Shown here: one piece after another, positions 46,313-55,947 of the stretch
Position numbering within the stretch: position 1 is the stretch's first letter
Layout of the letters: each line of letters begins with the position of its first letter
Source of the DNA: an uncultured Selenomonadaceae bacterium
GTDB taxonomy: Bacteria; Bacillota; Negativicutes; Selenomonadales; Selenomonadaceae
Length of the DNA: 64,000 nt
Assembly: GCA_905235685.1 (NCBI GenBank)
Contig: CAJOMO010000010.1
Coordinates: 247 to 64,246, forward strand
Reading direction: 5' to 3'
Program-made: the position numbers and the translations under genes
Notes under the pieces: generated by a model
What the model was told of the DNA's origin: nothing
Seen by the model: the letters and a program-made list of their open reading frames with translations, nothing else
The model's database searches: none

Positions 46313-46679
46313 CGGTACACTCTCCTTCAAAAATTCTACGATTGTATTTTCAGAAATTGTGAACCACCGACGACTAAAGTCGCGGGCTTCTAGGAAACCG
46401 AAGTCTCCATTTAAGAAGTTTGGCAAATGCCCTTATTCTTACCGGCGTGTCCACGTCGCCTCTACACGATAAGACCTGAGTCTACACGCTTACTTAAAAC
46501 ATTTTTGTTAAAGCGGAAGTCTAACCGTTTTTTAAATTTTAACAAAAGTTAACGATTAAGTCAATTCGCAATTATTACTCAACAAATAAGAATTACCGCC
46601 CGCAATGTCAATCTGCGCGCAGGAATAATTTTAACCGCCGCCGAATTATATTTTTCAAAAAAAATTTGGAGGAATAGCT

Positions 46680-47597
46680 TTGCCAATTAAAATACCGAAC
46701 AATTTACCCGCCACAAACATTTTGGAAGGCGAAAATATTTTCGTAATGGACGCGGACAGAGCCTACAAGCAAGACATTCGCCCGCTGAAAATTTTAATCC
46801 TAAATCTTATGCCGATAAAATCCGTAACCGAGACGCAACTTTTGCGCGTTTTGGGAAATACGCCGCTGCAGGTTGAAGTCGATTTCATTTACACCGAAAC
46901 CTACATTCCCACGCACACGTCCAAAGATTATCTCACGGAATTTTACGGTACTTTCAAAGACGTTGCCCATAAAAAATACGACGGCTTGATTATCACGGGC
47001 GCGCCGGTTGAGCTTATGGATTTTGAGGAAGTTGCTTATTGGTCGGAGCTTGTGAAGATTATGGAATGGAGCAAGACGCATGTTTGGTCGACGTTTCATA
47101 TTTGTTGGGGCGCGCAGGCGGGGCTGTACTATCATTACGGCGTGCCGAAATACATTATGGACGAAAAAATTTCCGGCGTTTACAAGCACAAACTTTGCGT
47201 GCAGTACGAAAAACTTTTCCGCGGCTTCGACGACGAATTTTTTGTGCCGCATTCCCGAAATACCGAAGAGCACATTGCCGACATTGAAAAAGTTCCGGAA
47301 CTTAAAATTTTATCGGTGTCCGACGAGGTTGGGGTTTATGTTGTGGCGAATTTGGCGCGGCGGCAATTTTTTATCACCGGTCACGCCGAATACGATCCTT
47401 ACACGCTCAAAAATGAATACGAGCGAGATTTGCGGGCGGGGCTCAATCCCAAAATTCCGCAGAATTATTTTCCGGAAGATAATCCTGCGCGAGAGCCGGT
47501 TGTCAAATGGCGGAGCGTGGCGCATTTGCTTTTCGCCAATTGGCTGAATTATTATGTTTATCAAGAAACCCCGTACGAAATTAATTCTATTGGCTGA
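46680..47597 (+). CDS. metA: Homoserine O-acyltransferase (MetA family)
   Basis: 305 aa. TTG start after [19 protein letters not shown]..., [24 protein letters not shown] (catalytic Cys). Confidence 0.9.
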   Translation: MPIKIPNNLPATNILEGENIFVMDADRAYKQDIRPLKILILNLMPIKSVTETQLLRVLGNTPLQVEVDFIYTETYIPTHTSKDYLTEFYGTFKDVAHKKYDGLIITGAPVELMDFEEVAYWSELVKIMEWSKTHVWSTFHICWGAQAGLYYHYGVPKYIMDEKISGVYKHKLCVQYEKLFRGFDDEFFVPHSRNTEEHIADIEKVPELKILSVSDEVGVYVVANLARRQFFITGHAEYDPYTLKNEYERDLRAGLNPKIPQNYFPEDNPAREPVVKWRSVAHLLFANWLNYYVYQETPYEINSIG

Positions 47598-47607
47598 GGC
47601 GATAACG

Positions 47608-48210
47608 ATGAAAAAATTTTTTATGGCGCTGTTAATGGCGCTGCTGATTTTACCGGCGGCTGGAACTTTCGCCGCAAATACCGTTCAAGTTCCCGAAGAT
47701 ATTTTCAAATGGGTTCAATCCACGCCGCGCGGCAATTACTATTTCAACCAAAAAATTATCGGCTACTACATTAACAAAGATGATACGCTCGATTTGAATA
47801 TTTTGGTCGTGCCGACTATTTGCACTTACGACGAAATTCAGATTCAAGACGTCGTACAAAAGCGGCGCTGGCATAAAAAATCTGTCACCGGCTACAACAA
47901 TTTGATTGGGCGCGCGGATTATATTCAGTTCGATTTTAAAAATAATACCGTGCAGATAGTTCGTCGCGCAGATTTGGATCACACTTTCACCGAACTGGAC
48001 GCCGATACTTCCGGCAGACCGATTAAACTTTCCGAGCTGTCGAATAAATCTGTTGCCTGCAAATTTTACCGCCAAATTCTGATTTGGGCGCGCAAAAATA
48101 ATGATTTGATTATCCGGCGGTCGCGTGGTAAATTGACTGCGCGGGACGCCAAACTCAATCCCGAAGATATGCCGATTTTTAAAATTGATTTACCTGGTAC
48201 TGACGAATAG
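47608..48210 (+). CDS. Secreted hypothetical protein
   Basis: 200 aa from ATG 47608. Signal peptide MKKFFMALLMALLILPAAGTFA. No recognisable domain. Confidence 0.6.
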   Translation: MKKFFMALLMALLILPAAGTFAANTVQVPEDIFKWVQSTPRGNYYFNQKIIGYYINKDDTLDLNILVVPTICTYDEIQIQDVVQKRRWHKKSVTGYNNLIGRADYIQFDFKNNTVQIVRRADLDHTFTELDADTSGRPIKLSELSNKSVACKFYRQILIWARKNNDLIIRRSRGKLTARDAKLNPEDMPIFKIDLPGTDE

Positions 48211-48222
48211 GAGGCTGATTTT

Positions 48223-49887
48223 ATGAGTGAATTTGAAGACTCGGCAATTTTGCGTGCAATAAAACATCAGCGCTGGTACTTTTTCCAAAACAAGCCGAAA
48301 ATTATTTTTGACCGCGACACCGGCTTGATTTGGGCTGACTTGAAATATTTTCACTACGGCGAAGGCAGCGGCTATTCTGAAGATGAGGCAAAGTCTGTAC
48401 TCCGAGATTCGCAAAATTGGGGCGGCTACAACGGCTGGAAAATTCCCACCGCAGCTGAATTTTGGCAGATGATTGAAGATAAAACTTTTCCCTACCATTA
48501 TCAGAGCAATTCAAATTGGCGTATCAAAAATCGATACCGCTGGTTTGCCAGGGATAATCGCGACCGCATTGGCTACATAAATTTGGACTACAGCGGAGAA
48601 AATTTTTACAGAATTTACGGTTATACTGCGTGTTATCTTATTCTCTGCAGCGACGCGCTGTTTTCCGGCAGTTACGATTCAAATAATCCGCAATCCACGC
48701 TGGATTTGTTTGTCCGAAATAATTTGATACCGATTTTTGTTGACAGAAATTTTGACACGGACGAAAAAATTACACAGCTTTACAAACAGATTTACATTGA
48801 TAAAGTCGAAGTTTCAAAGCCGAAATTGACGGCAAAATTGGATTATAAACCGCTGCTGAAAAATTATGATTTGTCGGCAATCGCGCAGTCGCCGATTCAA
48901 TATTACATGGCGGTACAAAATTTGACGGATTCTTTGCTTGACATTTTGCAGGAATACGAGGCGGCGCAGGACGAAACGATCGGCGAGTTTTCGCAAATGG
49001 CGCTGAAATTGAACGCGCGATACATAGAAAATCCGCAATTGACGCCGGAAGAAAATTCGCTGCTCAAGGAACGTCAAAAATTTTTGGCGGCGCGGCTGGA
49101 ATTGGGCTTAGACGACGTGAAGGCGCAAATTTTATCGGTGAAGGCGCAGGCGGATTATTTAGAGGCGCGCATAGACAAAATCAATCACGAGCCGAACTCC
49201 ATAATCGAATTGGCGATAGTCGAAGAAACGCCGCGGGCAAGTTTCGCGTTTTTGGTAGAGAATTTGGCGCACATAATTTCGGGCGCTCAACGCAAGGTAG
49301 ATTTTTTCGTGCAGCATAAAAATTTCGTGGCGGCTGTCATTAACGCCCATGAATCCTGGAACGACGACTACAGATCTTTCAAAACAAATCTGCGCGAACA
49401 GCTTAAAAATATTTGCGCGGCGGACGGTATTGACGAAGAAATTTACAGCGAATGGTACGAAGATTGGCGCGGGAAACGTTTTCTGATTGAGCAGAAATTT
49501 TTGCCGCTGATTGAATTTGCGTTGAAGGGCAATTTAATTTCCGCGGGCGAAGAAAATTCCGCGGCGATTCAAGCGCTGAATGCGTTGCAGACTTACAAAA
49601 ATAACGTGGCGAATTTTTATCTGAACGAGCGCAAGAATATTTACCAAAAATTTGTTTTTCAAGTTGGCGGCGATTTGCAAGAGAAATTTGAAACCGAGAG
49701 CGAACTTTACAAGCTTACTGAAAAATTGCAACGCGCCCTTCAAGAAATAATTTTTTCGCGCGAAAAAACCGAAGAGCGAATCTTCCTGCTACATTGGGCG
49801 GAATCGCTGATAGACGTTCCGATTGACGAAATTACAAATTTTATCCAGGAGCGCGAATCGGCGCAATTTCACGGTGTACCTCGCTGA
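48223..49887 (+). CDS. Cytoplasmic protein with N-terminal DUF1566-like domain and a long helical C-terminal region
   Basis: 554 aa. DRDTGLIWADL ... GGYNGWKIPTAAEFWQMI resembles the DUF1566 (Lcl C-terminal) signature. No signal peptide. The remaining ~400 aa are helical and of unknown function. Confidence 0.5.
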   Translation: MSEFEDSAILRAIKHQRWYFFQNKPKIIFDRDTGLIWADLKYFHYGEGSGYSEDEAKSVLRDSQNWGGYNGWKIPTAAEFWQMIEDKTFPYHYQSNSNWRIKNRYRWFARDNRDRIGYINLDYSGENFYRIYGYTACYLILCSDALFSGSYDSNNPQSTLDLFVRNNLIPIFVDRNFDTDEKITQLYKQIYIDKVEVSKPKLTAKLDYKPLLKNYDLSAIAQSPIQYYMAVQNLTDSLLDILQEYEAAQDETIGEFSQMALKLNARYIENPQLTPEENSLLKERQKFLAARLELGLDDVKAQILSVKAQADYLEARIDKINHEPNSIIELAIVEETPRASFAFLVENLAHIISGAQRKVDFFVQHKNFVAAVINAHESWNDDYRSFKTNLREQLKNICAADGIDEEIYSEWYEDWRGKRFLIEQKFLPLIEFALKGNLISAGEENSAAIQALNALQTYKNNVANFYLNERKNIYQKFVFQVGGDLQEKFETESELYKLTEKLQRALQEIIFSREKTEERIFLLHWAESLIDVPIDEITNFIQERESAQFHGVPR

Positions 49888-49924
49888 CAGCAAAGCCTAC
49901 AGCGACGTACGCGTAACCGAAAAA

Positions 49925-52324
49925 TTATCTTACCTCTTCGCCGAGCTTTGATTTGAGCGCCGATTTATGCGCGTACATTTCAGCGTCGGCTTTTTTTGCG
50001 ACTGATTCAAAATCCATTCCAGGCTCATAAATTCCCAAACCACGCGCAACCGAAACCGTGAGCGTATCGCCGGCGACGGTGAAGGTTTCTTCAGTTACTT
50101 TTTTGTCGAAAAGCTCAAGCAACTCAAGCCTTCGCTCGTAGTCTTGATTTTCCAAAACCGTCGCAAATTCGTCACCACCAACGCGGTAAACCGAACTGTT
50201 CGCGAAAACTTGACTGATAACTTTGGCGGCGCGGCGAATCAATTCGTTGCCGGCGTCGTGTCCGTACTTGTCATTAACTTTTTTCAAAAAATTGGCGTCG
50301 AATATGATAACGCCGTACTTCAAGCTTGAGTGTGCCTTCATTTTTTCGTTAAGCTCAGCTTTTTTGCCAATATAAGCCGCCGGATTCAAAAGTCCGGTCA
50401 ATTTATCGCGGTAAACGTAAACCTCAAGTTTCGCCGCCATTTCGCGGATACTTCGCACCAAAATTCCCAATTCGTTGCCGGATTCGTAGGAAATTTTAAC
50501 GTTCAAATCTCCCGACGCAATGCGCCTTGCCGCCTCCGTCATTCCCGCCAACGGGCGTATGGCTCTTGAGGCAAGGTCAATACTTCCAATCGAAATGAGC
50601 ATTGCCACAATAACAATCGCCGCAATTAAATGCATTATAATTTTGTTCCGATCGTCATAAACGCGGCTCAAAGGCGTGGCAATTCCGAGCCACATTCCAT
50701 TGGCAAGATAAATCTCAATTTCTTGAAATTCGGGATTCGGCTCAAAAGGCGCGCCCTGCGGTTGGTCTCTGTGGTAAAGCACAAGGTTATTTCGATTCAT
50801 AATGTAAACGTAGCCGTAGTCATAAATCGACATCCGCCGCAATTCCTGGATAATGAAATTGAAATCGATATCCATACCAACGACGCCGATAAATTTTCCT
50901 TCCAAAAACAGCGGCGCCACATAGGAAATGACATAGAAATTTGTCACGGCGTCAACATAAGGCTCAATCCACGTGGCAGTTCTGCTTTTTTTGGGAATAT
51001 AATACCAGCCGACATTTGGGATATCGTCGGGGGCATAGGGCGCAAGGTCAATAGGCTCGCGTTCCACGAAGGTCGAAAGAGCGCCTTCCCAGCGTGCGTC
51101 CTCGCGTTGCATGGAAAAGCCGCCTTGAGTGCCTTCAATTTCCGGTATCAAGCGCAGATAATATGAAATACTGCCATCTATTCCCACAGCCATAAAACTA
51201 AAATCATTTTTCATTTCGTCGAGATAATTTTTTCGATAGGCAGCGTCGTTTGCCAGGCGGTCGTAACTTTCGATAAAATTCGTGGCTTGAAGTTGCATAC
51301 CATGTACCGCTTGCCGGACGCAGAAAAAAGTCCTGTACAATCTTTCGCGGCAAATGACGCTCATTGCGTGCAAAGATTCGTCCGTGTGAGCTTTGACAAG
51401 ATTACCAATTGCAATGGAACTGCCGCCGCCCAATACCGCCGCGGAAAAAAATACCGTTTGCGTCACCAAAAAAACCACTTCCAACATTATTGAGCGGCGA
51501 TAGCGCAACATCAAATACAGAATCAGCACGAGGTACAAATCAATTATCGTCAAACATTCCGCAACAAAGCGCAGCCACGTTCCGCCGTTATCCATTCCGT
51601 AAATTTGATATTTATCTATGTACGCCACGCCCAGCGGAAAAAGTATGTAAAAGCCCAGCGCGATAATCCAGGCTCTCTTATTTTCTTTAACCGGCTGTTC
51701 GTCTTGTGCGGAGGAAGTTTCCTCAAATTTCTTATCTGAATTGTACCAGGTGTAGCCTCTGCTCACGAGCAGGAAAAACCAGGCGAGGTCTAAAAAAATT
51801 GCTATGAAAAAGTCGTTCACGAAACAGGCGAAAATATACGCGGGGAATTTTACAGACTTGCTGAATCCGAGCCAATTTGCAACCGTGTCTAAATCCGCCG
51901 CGGTAGCCGTCACTGCGCGAAATGCTGTGGTTACGGCGAAGGTGATTAGCATTACCATTAAAAATTTTCGGAGCATGTAGTCCCTGTGCGACGGCATATT
52001 TTTTTCCGAATCAGTGTACCATTTTTGCCAAAGGAAATGCGGCAGGTAACCGGCTAAAAATATCCAAAATCCGCGCAAAAAGCACGGCAATAAATTTTCA
52101 AAGTCGGTATTTGCGGAAAAAAAATTTTGAAATTCCGGAAACGCCAATACTCCTCCGAAATATACGCCCAGCGCCGCCGAAGGTCCCCACATTAGCCCCA
52201 ACACCGGCGGCAGAAATACAGCAACGCCGAAAATTTTTTGAGGAATTATAAGTATTGAGCCCGCGTATGTTGCAACAAGCCAATATAAAAATGCTGACAG
52301 GCAAAAATGATATAGATTTTTCAT
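49925..52324 (-). CDS. Membrane diguanylate cyclase: polytopic N-domain + Cache-like sensor + HAMP + GGDEF
   Basis: 799 aa. About 8 hydrophobic segments, then a Cache-like region (WIEPYVDAVTNFYVISYVAPLF..GKFIGVVGMDIDF), HAMP (AIRPLAGMTEAARRIASGDL) and GGDEF (VYRVGGDEFA). Confidence 0.85.
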   Translation of the reverse strand: MKNLYHFCLSAFLYWLVATYAGSILIIPQKIFGVAVFLPPVLGLMWGPSAALGVYFGGVLAFPEFQNFFSANTDFENLLPCFLRGFWIFLAGYLPHFLWQKWYTDSEKNMPSHRDYMLRKFLMVMLITFAVTTAFRAVTATAADLDTVANWLGFSKSVKFPAYIFACFVNDFFIAIFLDLAWFFLLVSRGYTWYNSDKKFEETSSAQDEQPVKENKRAWIIALGFYILFPLGVAYIDKYQIYGMDNGGTWLRFVAECLTIIDLYLVLILYLMLRYRRSIMLEVVFLVTQTVFFSAAVLGGGSSIAIGNLVKAHTDESLHAMSVICRERLYRTFFCVRQAVHGMQLQATNFIESYDRLANDAAYRKNYLDEMKNDFSFMAVGIDGSISYYLRLIPEIEGTQGGFSMQREDARWEGALSTFVEREPIDLAPYAPDDIPNVGWYYIPKKSRTATWIEPYVDAVTNFYVISYVAPLFLEGKFIGVVGMDIDFNFIIQELRRMSIYDYGYVYIMNRNNLVLYHRDQPQGAPFEPNPEFQEIEIYLANGMWLGIATPLSRVYDDRNKIIMHLIAAIVIVAMLISIGSIDLASRAIRPLAGMTEAARRIASGDLNVKISYESGNELGILVRSIREMAAKLEVYVYRDKLTGLLNPAAYIGKKAELNEKMKAHSSLKYGVIIFDANFLKKVNDKYGHDAGNELIRRAAKVISQVFANSSVYRVGGDEFATVLENQDYERRLELLELFDKKVTEETFTVAGDTLTVSVARGLGIYEPGMDFESVAKKADAEMYAHKSALKSKLGEEVR

Positions 52325-53376
52325 TTGTCCTCAGCTCCGCTATAATTTTTTTCCATATCGATCCTAAAAGCCTCGCACGCTTCAGCGCCGTATTTTTCCT
52401 TGAGCTTTTCGCGCAGAGGGCGCACCCGCTCTTTGAAGGTCTCCAATTCTTCCGGCGTCAAGTCGATAATTTCAAGCCCCTCTGCGGCAAATTGCACGCG
52501 AATTTTCTTTTCTTCCTGTTCAAGATAGTCACGACTCCATTCGCACGCCTCGCGTATTTTTTCTCGGAGCAAATTTTGCGTTTTAGGCTCAAGACTTTCA
52601 AAAGTTTTTCGATTGATAACAAACAGATAATTTTCGTAAAGATAACTCCAGACAGTCATATATTTCTGAATTTCATTGAGCCGACCGGAGCGCATTAGGA
52701 AAAATCCATTTTCCTGCCCTTCGATAACGCCTTGCCGAATTGCGATATTTAGTTCGCTCCAGCCCAAAGGAACGGGCGTGGCGCCGAGAGCCGCAAAAAA
52801 TAGCCGGTAAACTTCACCGCCCAATACGCGAATCCTCAAATCTTTTAAATCTTCAATTTTACGAATAGGATTGCGATTGCTGGTAAGTTGGCGCATGGCG
52901 TTATGCGTCGAGCCGAGGTACACTAAGCCGTAATCGGACAAAACTTTAGCGTAATAATCGCCGCCGGTTTCGTCAATGACGCGCCGCGCCTCTTGATAAC
53001 TGGAAAACGACCAGGGGATTGTCGCCACTTCCAGACGCGGATCTAAAAGTGACATTGTGCCCGTAACATACGCGCCCAAATCCACCGCGCCCTCCGTTAA
53101 AGCGCGCACCGCCTCATTTGTGTTGCCGCCGGTAAGTTCGTCGTTCGGATAAAATTCTATGTGCACATTTCCGCCGGAAGCCTCCGATACCAATTCTGCA
53201 AAACGTTTCGCAGTCAAAGATTCAATTCCAATTTCCGTACCGCTTGCCGTCATTACCAATCGCACTTTTTGATAGTTATCGTATCTTTGGGGCAATTCAG
53301 CCTGCTTGCCGCAACCGCTTAAAATTGGTATCATCGTCAATGCGAAAAAAACAATCGCCAGATAATGTTGGAGCAT
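52321..53376 (-). CDS. TRAP-type (DctP family) solute-binding lipoprotein, orphan
   Basis: 351 aa. Lipobox ILSGC. DctP pattern FAELVSEASGGNVHIEFYPNDEL.G...EAVRALTEGAVDL. The stop overlaps the cyclase ATG (ATGA). No DctQ/DctM genes nearby. Confidence 0.8.
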   Translation of the reverse strand: MLQHYLAIVFFALTMIPILSGCGKQAELPQRYDNYQKVRLVMTASGTEIGIESLTAKRFAELVSEASGGNVHIEFYPNDELTGGNTNEAVRALTEGAVDLGAYVTGTMSLLDPRLEVATIPWSFSSYQEARRVIDETGGDYYAKVLSDYGLVYLGSTHNAMRQLTSNRNPIRKIEDLKDLRIRVLGGEVYRLFFAALGATPVPLGWSELNIAIRQGVIEGQENGFFLMRSGRLNEIQKYMTVWSYLYENYLFVINRKTFESLEPKTQNLLREKIREACEWSRDYLEQEEKKIRVQFAAEGLEIIDLTPEELETFKERVRPLREKLKEKYGAEACEAFRIDMEKNYSGAEDK

Positions 53377-53460
53377 AAAAAATCCGCCCTCACATTGTAT
53401 ACAAAATTTATCTGTGTCATATATTCCTTGTCGATTAAAATTTTCCTTTACGGTCGGGAA

Positions 53461-54591
53461 TTATTTTTTCAGCGTGAATTTGTCTAAAATTTTGCCGTCG
53501 ACACTTTGACACGTCAGAGATAAATTTTCTGCGCGAATCTTCAAATCGATGTAAGAATTTGGCTCACCGGTATAATTTTGGTCGCCCGCGCGCCCGCACA
53601 AAATGTAAAAAGTTTTGTTAATGCGCCCGCGGTTTCTGTAAGTGTGCAAATGCCCCGTGAAAACCAAATCGATTGACAATTCTTCGAACAGCGGCAGAAA
53701 ATAATCTTTCGCCTCGTCGACAAAATCTGTGAGCTGGCGGTTGTAAATGGCTTTGTGCATAAAAACTATTCGCCACGGACGATTTGAATTTGCCACGGCG
53801 CGCTTAAACCAATATTCTTGAATGCCCGGCAAACTGCCCTTAATTTTCTCAAGCTCCATGAATTGCGTATTCAGCACAAAAAAATTCGCCGCGCCATAAT
53901 CGAACGCATAAAAATAACCGCCGAAATCTTTAATGCCATTCGGCGGCAATTTAAAATTGTTCAGATAGGCAGTCGGCGCGCAGTCCATCCAATTTGTGTC
54001 GTAACATTCATGGTTGCCGATAACCGGCGCTAAAATCCTTTCGCGCAGGAGTTCAGCCGCGGAATTGTACCACGCCCGCCATTGAGAAAAATCTTGCCCC
54101 GTGTCAACCAAATCGCCGTTCACTAAAAAAAGTTCGGCGTCCGGAAAATTTTTCGCCGCAACTTCCGCCGTATTTTTCCAAACAGCATAATCTAAACATT
54201 GACTGTCGCTGAAAATAAGCATTTCAAATTCGCCATTGCCCGCCGTTCGTAAATTCTGCCACGCCGTCGCGCAGTCGCCCGCCACAATCCGAAATTTATA
54301 CAAACTCGCCGGTTTCAAATTTTCCAACGTGCAACTGTAAATAAACTCCGGCGCAAAAAAATTGGCGGCAACTTCAGCAAAATTCGCCGCGTCCTCGCCA
54401 ATCAAAAAATATTCCAGCCGCACATTTTGCAATTCGCCGTCCGCGTTAAACATAACCGTTCGAGAACTGCGCGAATCCTTTGTTATGATTTGGCGCAAAA
54501 ATTTTATCGGCAAGGACTTTGAAATTTCTTGCGGCTGATGCGGCGGAGCGGGCGAAATTTTTAATCGGCGAAAAAAATTTAATATATTCAC
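53461..54591 (-). CDS. Calcineurin-like metallophosphoesterase (purple-acid-phosphatase-like N-domain)
   Basis: 376 aa. Motifs FSDSQ, NGDLVDTG, GNHE, FMHKA, TGHLH. Confidence 0.8.
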   Translation of the reverse strand: MNILNFFRRLKISPAPPHQPQEISKSLPIKFLRQIITKDSRSSRTVMFNADGELQNVRLEYFLIGEDAANFAEVAANFFAPEFIYSCTLENLKPASLYKFRIVAGDCATAWQNLRTAGNGEFEMLIFSDSQCLDYAVWKNTAEVAAKNFPDAELFLVNGDLVDTGQDFSQWRAWYNSAAELLRERILAPVIGNHECYDTNWMDCAPTAYLNNFKLPPNGIKDFGGYFYAFDYGAANFFVLNTQFMELEKIKGSLPGIQEYWFKRAVANSNRPWRIVFMHKAIYNRQLTDFVDEAKDYFLPLFEELSIDLVFTGHLHTYRNRGRINKTFYILCGRAGDQNYTGEPNSYIDLKIRAENLSLTCQSVDGKILDKFTLKK

Positions 54592-55259
54592 CGGACGTGC
54601 CTCCTTTCGTACCAGAGCGCGCCAATAATCAATGCAATGGCAAAAATTATCACGACGATTATTCGCGTAAAATCTTCTTGATGCGTGATTGTGTCGTGCC
54701 CGATAATCGCCTCAATTCCTGTCGAGGGAAATTTGCCGATAAACGATGCCACAAAATAATCGCGCAGGCTTAACGAACTGAGCGCGCCCACCGCATTTAA
54801 AACGCCGCTCGGCATATACGGCACCATTCGGGCGATTAACATAACCGCGAAACCTTTTTTTGAGCTGTACTTGTCGATTGAGCGCAACAGGCGGCTTTTT
54901 TTGATTAATTGCTTTGCCGTGTCTCTGAAGAAAAATCTTAGCAGCAAAAAGCTGACGGTTACGCCGACAGTTTCAGCGGCGACGGACAAAACTATTCCCC
55001 AGAAAATCCCGAATATCAGCGTGTTTGCGGTGGAAAAAATTATCGCGGGCGGGAAACCTATTGCGTTGACAAAGAGCGTCAGCAGGAAACTGAACACGAC
55101 CGCCATTGAGCCGTAGCCTTTTATGTACTCCGCCGTTTCCGAAATATCGCCGTGCGAGAGCAATTCAAAGACTTCCGGCAAAAATTCCGGCGCGATTATG
55201 TGAATCACCAAAAACATTAGCAAAATTAAAAGTGCGGCTACAATTTTGACCGTGTTCAA
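54588..55259 (-). CDS. TVP38/TMEM64 (DedA-related) membrane protein
   Basis: Start moved to TTG 55259 (GGAGG 7 nt upstream). Typical core IGFPPAIIFSTANTLIFGIFWGIVLSVAAETVGVTVSFLLLRFFFR. Confidence 0.75.
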   Translation of the reverse strand: MNTVKIVAALLILLMFLVIHIIAPEFLPEVFELLSHGDISETAEYIKGYGSMAVVFSFLLTLFVNAIGFPPAIIFSTANTLIFGIFWGIVLSVAAETVGVTVSFLLLRFFFRDTAKQLIKKSRLLRSIDKYSSKKGFAVMLIARMVPYMPSGVLNAVGALSSLSLRDYFVASFIGKFPSTGIEAIIGHDTITHQEDFTRIIVVIIFAIALIIGALWYERRHVR

Positions 55260-55275
55260 TTCAAAACCTCCAAAT

Positions 55276-55947
55276 TTATTTATCGTTTGTCCAATCGGTA
55301 ATCGGGCTGGGGTGTTTAATCGTATCCCAGTTAACCGAAACGGGGCGCGTGCAATATCGGCAGCGTTCAAACGGCGTCAGCAAATGTGCCTTGAGTTTTT
55401 CGGTAGTCAAACCTTCGGCGTACAAATCGAGCGCGCCGTCTTCCGGCAAATTTTTACCGTAATAGGCGTTAAAATATTTCGTGGTGAAGGGCAGGAAACA
55501 CGCCGCGATTTTCCCTTCGTAAAGATTGTGGCAATGCGCTTGAAAACATTGCAAAAAAATTTCGCGCGGCTTGTCGTGGCGGTGAATTGTCTGCTTTATG
55601 GTAAATTCCTCATTCAGCGGGCTTATTCCAAAACGCACCTGCTTTTTTTCCAACAGGCGTTGAATTTCCGGCATTTTACTTTTCAGCGGCGAATAAAATG
55701 AAATCCAAATAAACGCGTTATTTTGGCGCAAAGTTTCAAAAAAATCGTCGGGCATTTTCGGCAAGAGAATCGCATTTGTTACAACCCAAATAATTGCCTG
55801 CGGATAAAGTTTGCGGCTGAGTTTCACGTATTCGTTAATTTCCGGATTGAGCAGAGGTTCGCCGCCCAAAATTCTTATCACGCCGATATCGTCAATAAAT
55901 TTGTGCAGCTGATTAAAATCTTGCGCGAACTTTTCAAGATACGGCAA
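55276..55947 (-). CDS. Radical-SAM-like protein lacking the CxxxCxxC cluster motif (possible pseudogene)
   Basis: Keeps GGEPLLNP, VTNAILL and C-terminal Cys motifs (CFQAHCHN, CRYC), but no CxxxCxxC is present. A strong SD+ATG at 56085 is in the same frame, separated only by a TGA at 55999-56001. Confidence 0.5.
   Translation of the reverse strand: MPYLEKFAQDFNQLHKFIDDIGVIRILGGEPLLNPEINEYVKLSRKLYPQAIIWVVTNAILLPKMPDDFFETLRQNNAFIWISFYSPLKSKMPEIQRLLEKKQVRFGISPLNEEFTIKQTIHRHDKPREIFLQCFQAHCHNLYEGKIAACFLPFTTKYFNAYYGKNLPEDGALDLYAEGLTTEKLKAHLLTPFERCRYCTRPVSVNWDTIKHPSPITDWTNDK

Noticed and set aside
46330-46679. SAM-I (S-box) riboswitch or Met T-box leader ahead of metA; T-box-like GGTGGTTC on the opposite strand
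   Set aside because: The minus-strand CUUAUC..AGAGGCG start resembles the SAM-I 5' end, but the element closes after about 40 nt and lacks the GGAGGGA / GCAACC / GUGCUAA cores. GGUGGUUC matches only about half of the T-box 14-mer, and no specifier or terminator architecture is present.
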